DNA of 64,000 nucleotides, taken from contig JAITFE010000056.1 of the NCBI GenBank assembly GCA_031281585.1, positions 24,566 to 88,565 of the forward strand. Direction: 5' to 3'. The notes under the pieces were generated by a model that made no database searches, had not been told where the DNA came from, and was given only the letters and a program-made list of their open reading frames with translations. The DNA comes from Bifidobacteriaceae bacterium. Its GTDB lineage: Bacteria; Actinomycetota; Actinomycetes; Actinomycetales; WQXJ01. Of the stretch, positions 54,936 through 63,400 are shown piece by piece; the first letter of the stretch is position 1; each line of letters opens with the position of its first letter. The position numbers and the translations under genes are program-made.

Positions 54936-57029
54936 GTGGTCATGTCGCAATCGTTCCACTGGACCAACCTTGACAATGAGGCCGTCGCCGCCGCCAAAGC
55001 CCTCGCCGCAGATTCGGTCGAGAAGGCTGGCTCCGGCCATCCCGGCACCGCCATCTCGCTGGCCGGCGCCGCCTACTTGCTCTTCCAGCGCCTCATGACC
55101 CATGATCCGGCCGATCCGGCGTGGCCGGGCCGGGACCGCTTCATCCTCAGCGCCGGGCACACGTCGGTCATGCTCTACACCCAGTTGTACCTGGCCGGCT
55201 ACGACGTCTCCCTAGACGACCTCAAGGCGTTGCGCACCGCGGGCTCCATCACCCCCGGCCACCCCGAGGTGGGCATGACCCCCGGCGTGGAGATGTCGAC
55301 CGGCCCGCTGGGCCAGGGTCTGGCCAGCGCGGTCGGCATGGCCATGGCCGCCCGCCGCGAGCGCTTCCTCTTCGATCCGGCCCCCCAGGCCGACGATGCC
55401 GCCGGGCCGACCACCAGCCCCGACAGCGTCTTCGACCACACCATTTGGGTGATCGCCGGCGAAGGCGACCTGGAGGAGGGCATCACCTCCGAGGCGTCCT
55501 CCCTGGCGGGCACGCAGAAGCTGGGCAACCTGGTGGTGTTGTTCGACCAGAACCAGATCTCGATCGAGGGCGACACGAACGTGGCCTTCACGGAGAACGT
55601 GGTCGAACGCTACGAGGCGTACGGCTGGCACACCCAGACGGTCGATTGGACCAGCGGCGGCCGCTACCACGAAGACTACGAGGCGCTCTACCAGGCGCTC
55701 CAGGCCGCCAAGGCGGAAACGGGCAGGCCGTCCCTGGTCAGGCTGCGCTCGATCATCGGCTGGCCCGCCCCGACCAAGCAGAACACGGGCGGCATCCACG
55801 GCTCCAAGCTGGGCGCGCCGGAGGTGGCGGGGCTCAAGCGCGCGCTTGGCCTGGACCCGGACGCGACGTTCAACGTGCCGGAGGAGGTCCTGTCGGTCAC
55901 CCGCCAGGCCCGCGAGCGCGGCGCGAAGGCCCACGTGGCCTGGCGGGCCCGCTTCGACCAGTGGCGCGCTGTCAACCCGGCGGGGGCGGAACTCTGGGAC
56001 CGGCTGAGCCAAAAGGCGCTCCCGGCGGACATAGAAGACGCGCTGCCCTTGTTCGCGGCGGGGTCTTCGATGGCGACCCGGGCGGCATCGGGCAAGGTGC
56101 TGTCCGCGCTGGGACCGGTCCTGCCGGAACTGTGGGGAGGCTCGGCGGACTTGGCGGGCTCCAACAACACGACCATCGCGGGGGCGACGTCCTTCCTGCC
56201 GGACAACCCGGGCGGGCGCACCATCCACTTTGGGGTGCGGGAGCACGCGATGGGGGCCATCCTGAACGGGATCGCACTACACGGCCCGACCCTCCCCTAC
56301 GGCGGCACCTTCCTGGTTTTCTCCGACTACATGCGGGGCGCGGTCCGGCTGACGGCCCTGATGAACCTGCCGGTCACGTTCGTTTGGACGCATGACTCGA
56401 TCGGGGTGGGCGAGGACGGCCCGACCCATCAGCCCGTCGAGCAACTCGCCTCGCTCAGGGCCATCCCGGGCTTGGACGTGATCCGGCCCGCGGACGCCAA
56501 CGAGGTCGCTTGGGCCTGGCGCCATGTGCTGGCGCGGCGCCGTCCGGCCGCTTTGATCCTGAGCCGGCAAAACCTTCCGGTCTTCGACCGGCTGGGGGAA
56601 GGGCTGGGCCAAGCGGTCGACCTGTGCGGCGGGGCCTATGTCCTGGCGGATTCGGAACTGCCGAGGATCGACGTCGTCTTGTTGGCCACCGGCTCGGAGG
56701 TGCAACTCGCGTTGAGCGCCCGCGCGCTGCTGGCCAAGGAGGGGATCGGGGCCCGTGTCGTGTCCGCGACCTGCCTGGAGTGGTTCGCGGAGCAGACGCC
56801 CGAATACCGCGAGGACGTGCTGCCGGCGGCGGTCAAGGCCAGGGTCTCGGTCGAGGCCGGGATCGCCATGCCGTGGCGCCAGTGGGTGGGCGATGCCGGT
56901 CGGTGCGTCTCGGTCGAAGCCTACGGGGAGTCGGCGGCGGCCGGGGAGCTGTTCGAACGGAACGGCTTCACCGCCGAACACGTGGCCGAGGCGGCCCGGC
57001 AGTCGATCGCGGCCGCGCGGACTCCATGA
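54936..57029 (+). CDS. tkt: transketolase
   Basis: GSGHPGTA, the TPP motif AGEGDLEEGITSEA, and HDSIGVGEDGPTHQP. Confidence 0.95.
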   Translation: MVMSQSFHWTNLDNEAVAAAKALAADSVEKAGSGHPGTAISLAGAAYLLFQRLMTHDPADPAWPGRDRFILSAGHTSVMLYTQLYLAGYDVSLDDLKALRTAGSITPGHPEVGMTPGVEMSTGPLGQGLASAVGMAMAARRERFLFDPAPQADDAAGPTTSPDSVFDHTIWVIAGEGDLEEGITSEASSLAGTQKLGNLVVLFDQNQISIEGDTNVAFTENVVERYEAYGWHTQTVDWTSGGRYHEDYEALYQALQAAKAETGRPSLVRLRSIIGWPAPTKQNTGGIHGSKLGAPEVAGLKRALGLDPDATFNVPEEVLSVTRQARERGAKAHVAWRARFDQWRAVNPAGAELWDRLSQKALPADIEDALPLFAAGSSMATRAASGKVLSALGPVLPELWGGSADLAGSNNTTIAGATSFLPDNPGGRTIHFGVREHAMGAILNGIALHGPTLPYGGTFLVFSDYMRGAVRLTALMNLPVTFVWTHDSIGVGEDGPTHQPVEQLASLRAIPGLDVIRPADANEVAWAWRHVLARRRPAALILSRQNLPVFDRLGEGLGQAVDLCGGAYVLADSELPRIDVVLLATGSEVQLALSARALLAKEGIGARVVSATCLEWFAEQTPEYREDVLPAAVKARVSVEAGIAMPWRQWVGDAGRCVSVEAYGESAAAGELFERNGFTAEHVAEAARQSIAAARTP

Positions 57030-58543
57030 CGGTCAACCCGTTGGTCGATCCGCTGGACCAACGCGTCCCCCGGATCCCGGCGCCGTGCGCGCTGACGATC
57101 TTCGGCGTGACCGGCGACTTGGCCCGCCGCAAGGTGCTGCCCGCCATCTACGACTTGGCGAACCGGGGGCTGTTGCCCGCCGGGTTCTCCTTGACCGGGG
57201 TGGCCCGCTCCGACTGGTCCACGGCCCAGTTTGTGGGCCAAGCCCACGCGGCGGTGGCCTCGGGCGCCCGGACGCCTTTCCGCCAGCGGGTGTGGGAGCA
57301 GTTGACCGCGTCGATGGCCTACGTCAGCGGCGACATCCAGGACGCGGACACGTATGCCCGCCTGGGCGAGGTGCTGGACAATTCGGACCGCGGCTTCGGC
57401 ACCGGCGGGCGCCGCGTCTTTTACCTGTCCATGCCGCCCGCCACCTTCGACGCCATCTGCGGCCACCTGGCCACCTCCGGCCTGGCGGGCCAGGGCAAGG
57501 ACGCCAAGGTGGTGATAGAGAAGCCGTTCGGCCATGACCTCGCCTCGGCGAGGGCGCTCGATTCGACGCTCAGCCAGGTCTTCGAGGCGTCCAGCGTCTT
57601 TCGGATTGACCACTACCTTGGCAAAGAGACGGTGCGGGGCATGTTGGCGACCCGGTTCGCGAACCAGGTCTTCGAGCCGTTGTGGTGCCGCGACCACGTG
57701 GACCACGTCCAAATCACCATGGCGGAGGAGTTGGGGGTCGGCTCGCGGGCCGGCTATTACGACGGGATTGGCGCCACGCGGGACGTGATGCAGAACCACC
57801 TTCTCCAACTGCTGGCGATCACCGCGATGGAGGAGCCGGCCTCCTTCGGCCCGGCCGACCTCAGGGCGGCCAAAGAGGCCGCCCTGGCGGCGGTCCGCAT
57901 TCCCGGCCCGGTGGCCGAATGCGCGGCGCGGGGCCAGTACACGGCCGGCTGGCAAGGCAACATCCCCGTGCCGGGCTACCTGGACGAGCCGCGGATCCCG
58001 GACGACTCGAGGACGGACACCTACGGGGCGCTCAAGTTGGAGGTCCAAACCGACCGCTGGCGGGGCACGCCGTTCTACCTGCGCACCGGCAAACGCCTGG
58101 GACGGCGCGTGACCGAGGTGGCGATCACCTTCCGGCGCACCGCCGACCAGCTCCGAGCCGCCGCGCAGGGGCCGCCGCCCGGAGCCAACGCGCTGGTCAT
58201 CCGAATCCAGCCGGACGAGGGCATCACCCTGCGAATTGGCGCCAAAGTGCCCCAAACCAACATGGAGGTGCGGGACGTGACCATGGACTTCTCCTACGGC
58301 CACGCCTTCACCGAGTCGCTGCCGGACGCCTACGAGCCGCTGATTCTGGACGTGCTGTTGGGCCAAGACCCCCTCTTCCCCCGGTCGCGCGAGGTGGACG
58401 AATCCTGGCGGGTGATCGACCAGGTGGAGGATTACTGGGCCTCGTTGGACACCCGGCCCGAACCGTATGAGGCCGGCACTTGGGGGCCGGCGGGAGCGGA
58501 CGCCCTGCTCAGGCGGGACGGCCGGGAATGGAGGCGGCCGTGA
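57026..58543 (+). CDS. zwf: glucose-6-phosphate dehydrogenase
   Basis: The ATG at 57026 overlaps the tkt stop (ATGA). Motifs: IFGVTGDLARRK (NADP), RIDHYLGKE, EKPFGHD. Confidence 0.93.
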   Translation: MTVNPLVDPLDQRVPRIPAPCALTIFGVTGDLARRKVLPAIYDLANRGLLPAGFSLTGVARSDWSTAQFVGQAHAAVASGARTPFRQRVWEQLTASMAYVSGDIQDADTYARLGEVLDNSDRGFGTGGRRVFYLSMPPATFDAICGHLATSGLAGQGKDAKVVIEKPFGHDLASARALDSTLSQVFEASSVFRIDHYLGKETVRGMLATRFANQVFEPLWCRDHVDHVQITMAEELGVGSRAGYYDGIGATRDVMQNHLLQLLAITAMEEPASFGPADLRAAKEAALAAVRIPGPVAECAARGQYTAGWQGNIPVPGYLDEPRIPDDSRTDTYGALKLEVQTDRWRGTPFYLRTGKRLGRRVTEVAITFRRTADQLRAAAQGPPPGANALVIRIQPDEGITLRIGAKVPQTNMEVRDVTMDFSYGHAFTESLPDAYEPLILDVLLGQDPLFPRSREVDESWRVIDQVEDYWASLDTRPEPYEAGTWGPAGADALLRRDGREWRRP

Positions 58544-59577
58544 TCATTCCGCTGTACGCGACTTCCACCGCGCAGGTCGCCACCAAGCTGGTCGAACTGC
58601 GGGAAGACGGCGGGGTGGCGGCCCTGGGGCGGGTGCTGACGTTGATCATCCAGTGCGAGGCCGGGGACATCGAGACGTCTATCCAAGCCGCGAACCTGGC
58701 CTCCATGGAACACCCCTGCCGGGTGATCGTGCTGACCGCCGAGGACCTGGACGGACCCGCGTCGATGGACGCGCAGATCAGGGTCGGATCGGACGCCGGC
58801 GCCTCAGAAGTGATCGTCCTCAGGCTCCGCGGCGAGCCGGGGAGGCACCTCGACGCGGTCGCCACGCCGCTCCTGCTGCCGGACACGCCCGTCGTGGCGT
58901 GGTGGCCGGACCAGCGTCCCGCCGTGCCGGCTGAGGACCGGTTGGGAGCGTTGGCCTCGCGCCGGATCACCGACGCGACCACCTCGGAACGCCACTTGGC
59001 CGGCGATGCCGACGCGGCGCCCCTGCTCTCGGCGTTGACCTCGGGCTACCGGCCGGGCGACACGGATCTGACTTGGACCAGGCTCACGCCCTGGCGGGCG
59101 GGGCTGGCGGCGGCTTTGGAGATCCCGCCAACCGAACCCGTCACATCGGCGACTGTGAGGGGGCCTTGCTCGACGGCATCGTACTTGATGGCGGCGTGGT
59201 TGACCGACCGTTTGCGGGTGCCGACGCGGCACCAGGCGAACGACTCGCCGTTCCTGACGGCCGTCGAGTTCCACTTGTCCGGCGGCCGGCGGATCCTGCT
59301 GGACAAGGAACTGGAGGAGTCGCAAGCCGTGCTGCGCATCACCGGGCAGGTGGACCGCGTGATCACGCTCAGCCGCCGCAGCCGGGCCGAGGCGCTGGCG
59401 GAGGAGCTTCGGCGGCTCGAACCGGACGCCGCCTACGGCCATCTGGTCTTGGATGCCGTGCCCGCGTTCGTGGAGGCGATGGGTGCCGGCGCCGCCGGGG
59501 AGCAGGACCCGCCGCCGCTCTTGGGCGCGGCGGGAAGCGCGGCGACGGGAAGCGCGGCGACGGGCGGCGCCTCATGA
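58540..59577 (+). CDS. opcA: glucose-6-phosphate dehydrogenase assembly protein OpcA
   Basis: It follows zwf with a GTGA overlap; the ATG at 58528 is the alternative start. VIIPLYATSTAQV...RVLTLII is the typical OpcA N-terminus. Confidence 0.8.
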   Translation: MIIPLYATSTAQVATKLVELREDGGVAALGRVLTLIIQCEAGDIETSIQAANLASMEHPCRVIVLTAEDLDGPASMDAQIRVGSDAGASEVIVLRLRGEPGRHLDAVATPLLLPDTPVVAWWPDQRPAVPAEDRLGALASRRITDATTSERHLAGDADAAPLLSALTSGYRPGDTDLTWTRLTPWRAGLAAALEIPPTEPVTSATVRGPCSTASYLMAAWLTDRLRVPTRHQANDSPFLTAVEFHLSGGRRILLDKELEESQAVLRITGQVDRVITLSRRSRAEALAEELRRLEPDAAYGHLVLDAVPAFVEAMGAGAAGEQDPPPLLGAAGSAATGSAATGGAS

Positions 59578-60335
59578 GGGACGTGATCGTTCTGCCGGAC
59601 CCCATGGCGGTGGCGGAGGCCGCCGCGCAGCGCCTGGCAGGGTTCTTGCTTGAGTCCCAGTCCCTGGCCTCGGCCACCCATGTGGCGCTGACCGGCGGCG
59701 GGACCGGGATCGCGGTGCTGGACCGTCTGCGCGCCAACCCGCTGTTGGGCGCGATTTCCTGGCCGGACGTGCACTTTTGGTGGGGCGATGAGCGCTTCGT
59801 GGCCGCCGGGTCGCCCGAGCGCAACGATTCCCAAGCCCGCCGGGCGCTGCTGGATCATTTGCCTGAGGCGCCGGGCGGGACGCATCCCGTCTCCGCCGCC
59901 AATGAGGGGTTGTCGCTTGAGGAGGCCGCCACACGCTACACCGCTGACCTGCGCCGCCACCAGGTGCGGTTCGACCTGGTGCTGTTGGGCGTGGGGCCGG
60001 ACGGGCATGTCGCGTCGATCTTCCCTGGCGCTGGCGACGGCACGGGCCTGGCGGCGCCCGGCGCGTTCGCCGTGCCCAACTCGCCCAAGCCGCCCCCGGC
60101 ACGGGTGTCGCTGACTCTGGACACCATCAACGCCGCACGCCAGGTCTGGCTGGTGGCGGCCGGTTCGGCCAAACGGGACGCGGTGGCCGCGGCGCTCGGC
60201 TTGGCGGCGCGCCCGGCCCCGCAACAAGAATCCGCCGGCCCGGCCGACGCGGCCCGCGCTCCCGTCCCGGCCGCGCGGGTGGCGGGCCGCGAACGCACTC
60301 TGTGGCTGGTCGACGCGGCGGCGGCTGCGGCCTGA
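59574..60335 (+). CDS. pgl: 6-phosphogluconolactonase
   Basis: The ATG at 59574 overlaps the opcA stop (ATGA). Motifs: LTGGGTG, WWGDERFV, LLGVGPDGHVAS. Confidence 0.88.
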   Translation: MRDVIVLPDPMAVAEAAAQRLAGFLLESQSLASATHVALTGGGTGIAVLDRLRANPLLGAISWPDVHFWWGDERFVAAGSPERNDSQARRALLDHLPEAPGGTHPVSAANEGLSLEEAATRYTADLRRHQVRFDLVLLGVGPDGHVASIFPGAGDGTGLAAPGAFAVPNSPKPPPARVSLTLDTINAARQVWLVAAGSAKRDAVAAALGLAARPAPQQESAGPADAARAPVPAARVAGRERTLWLVDAAAAAA

Positions 60336-60339
60336 CGCC

Positions 60340-60437
60340 GGAAATGGGGACGGTACCTTTTTCGGCCCAAGCCGAAAAAGGTACCGTCCCCATTTCTTAG
60401 CTGGGAGTTAGCTGGAAACGGTACCGTCCCCGTTTTT
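60340..60437. repeat. full GGGGACGGTACC-core palindrome (60340..60396) plus a partial copy (60414..60437) between pgl and the DUF11 gene
   Basis: The full copy is GGAAATGGGGACGGTACCTTTTTCGGC-CCAA-GCCGAAAAAGGTACCGTCCCCATTTC. The partial copy GAAACGGTACCGTCCCCGTTTTT lies inside the last codons of the minus-strand gene. Confidence 0.88.
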
Positions 60438-63400
60438 GGTCTTGGTCTTGCGGCGGATTATTAGGAGGACCACGCCCGCGATCAGCGCCAGGCCCGCCAG
60501 CGCCGCCAGCGTCAACAGGCCGTTCGCGCCCGTGAACGGGAGGCGGCCGGGCACCTCGACGGTGACGCTCGAACAGGACTTGACGCACTCGGCGGGCGGG
60601 ATTTGGGTGGCGGTCGAGGATGTCGACTCCGGCGCCCAAGCGGTGTTGCGGGCCAGGCCGTCGCCGCTGCCCGCCACCTTGACCGAATAGGTGATGGTGA
60701 CGCTCTGCCCCGCGCCCAACGGGCCCGACCAGCGCAGCCGCTGCGCCGCATAGACCACGGCGCCCAGGCTGGCCCGGGCGTCGCCCTGGTAGACCGCGTC
60801 GTCCAACACGTCAGACAGGTCGTCGACCAGCTCGGCCGGGCGTTCCGCCGTGAAGTCGACCGGACTGGTGTTGGTCGCGACGATCGAATAGCGGAGCACG
60901 CTGCCGATCCCCACCGGGCTGGGCGCCGCGACAGACTTGGCCACCTCGATCACCGGGGTTGTCACGTCGGAGGAGGCGCACGCCTCGCCCGTGATCGGGT
61001 CAACACCGGTGTTCTCCGGGTCGTCGCAGCCTGGCGGCGGCGGATTGGGGACCGCCGGGTCGCGCGGCACCCAGGCGACGTTCTTGAGCTGCCTGTCCCC
61101 GCCCTCTTTCAGCGTCACCGAATAGGTCAGCGTCGCAGTGGCGCCGGGCGCCAACGGCCCGCGCCATTCCAGCACCGACTGTTCGTAGGTGAAGGTTCCG
61201 CCGGCCCCGCCGTCGGAGGCGCTGGCCAGATCGAACGGCTCCGAATCGTCCAGCAAGTCCGCCAGCGAGTCCGCCACCACCGCCGGATTGGCGGCCGTGA
61301 ACGCCGCCGGCCCGGCGTTGCGCACCTCAACCCGGTAAGTCAGCGGCTCGCCCGGCCGGACGTCCACCACGCCGTCCACTTCTCCGTCCACCCGTTTCGC
61401 GGTCACCTGCAGGATTGGGCGCTCTTGGTCCACCGCCGAGCAGGGCTCGCCGGTCGCCGGATCCGGTTCGCCGGCCGGCGCGGTGCAGCCCGGCTCCGGC
61501 GGCGACATCAGCGACGGGTCGTTCGGCGACCAGGCCAGGTTCCGCAACCGGCCGTCGCCGTTCAGAGTCAACTCCACCGCGTAGGCGAGTTCGACTTGCT
61601 CCCCGGCGGGCAGCGGCCCGGACCACGCGACCACCGGGCTCTCCCAGGTCGCCGAACCGGCTGCCGGCTGGTTCTCCCAACCGGCCCACACCGCATCGTC
61701 CAACACGTCGGACAGATCGTCGCGCACCACCGCCGGGTCCTCGGCGGTGAAATCGCCCGCCCCGGTGTTGGCCAACGTCAACGTGTAGACCAGGCGGGCG
61801 CCCGCAGGCCAGCCGGCTCCGTCCGAACTCTCCGCCACCGTCTTGGCGATGCTCAACCAAGGCATCTTGACCTGGTCGTTCGCGCACCAGTCCTGGCCCG
61901 GATTGTCGCAGGCCGGCGGTTCTCCCGGATCATCCGGGTCGGCCGGGGCCCAAACGGCGTTCTTGACGTCCCCGTCCCCACCGTGCCTCAACGTCAGCGA
62001 ATAGGTGACGTCCACATGCTGGCCGACCGCCAAAGGCCCGGACCACTTCAGCAACGGCTCCTCGTAGCCGAGCTGCCCGCCCGCGCCGTTGTCAGACGCC
62101 GTGGCCAGGTCGAACGGCAATGCGTCGTCCAGCGCGCCGGCCAGCGAGTCGACCACGACCGCCGGATGGTCCGGCGTGTAATCGCCTTGGCCGGTGTTCT
62201 CAACCCGGAAGGTGTATTCGATCCGGTCGCCCGGCCGGGCGTGCGCGGGTTCGTCGCTTTGGCCATCCCTGACCAGCCGCGACGTTTTCGCGATCGCCAG
62301 CACCGGCTGCCGCAGGTCGCACACCGCGCAGCTCTCGCCGGTCGTCTGGTCCACCCGGCCCGTCCCGGCCCGCGTGAAGCCGGCGCCCGACTGGGTGGTG
62401 GACTGCTCCACGCAAGCGGGAGCCAAAGGCTCGCTGGGATTGGCGGGCACCCAGGTGACGTTGTCGATCCGGTGGTCGCCGCCCTCACCCAGTTGGACCC
62501 GGTAGGTGAGCACCACTTCGGCCCCCGCCGCCAGCGGCCCGCGCCATTCCAGCAACGGCTCCGCGTAGGCGAACTGGCCGCCCGCGCCGCCGTCTGAGGC
62601 TGTGGCCAGGTCGAACGGCCGGGAATCGTCCAAAACGGCGGCGAGCGAGTCCTCGATCACCGCCGGCCGCGCCGCCGTGAACGCCGCCGGTCCCACGTTG
62701 GCGGCCACCACGGTGTACGTCAGCCAGTCGCCCGGCCGGGCGTAGGCCCCGCCGTCCACGCTCTTGGAGACGATCTCAAGGATGGGCCGCGACTGGTCGA
62801 TCAGCGAGCACGGCTCGCCAGTGGCCGGATCCAAGCCGTCCACCGGGGCCTCGCAGTCCGGAGGCGGCGGCGGGACGGCCGGATTGTTGGGGAACCAGGC
62901 CAGGTTGCGCAGGTCGCCGTCGCCGCCGCCCGTCAGCTTGACCGCGTACTCCAACACTGCGGACTCGCCCGAGGCCAGCGGCCCCGACCACGTCAAGACC
63001 GGGTCCGCCCAAACAGTCGACCCGGCGCCGGGCCCGGAAACCACGCCGACCCAAACGGAATCGTCCAAAACCCCGCTCAAGTCGTCGCGAACAACCGCCG
63101 GTACGGCCTGCGTGAAGTCGCCCGGTCCGGTGTTTTCCAACGTCAACGTGTAGACCAGGCGCACGCCCGCCTGCCAGTTCCCGTCGGGCGGGTCTTGGCG
63201 CACCGTCTTCTTGATCGACAACTCCGGCATGGGGAACTCGTCGCTGGCGCACCACGGCCCGGAATGCTGCTCGCAGGACGGCGGCGGCCCCGGATCGAGC
63301 GGGTCGTCCGGCACCCAGACCACGTTCGACAGCCGTCCGTCCCCGCCGGGCTTCAACGTCACCGAGTAGGTCACCACGACGGTTTCCAGCGGATCCAGTT

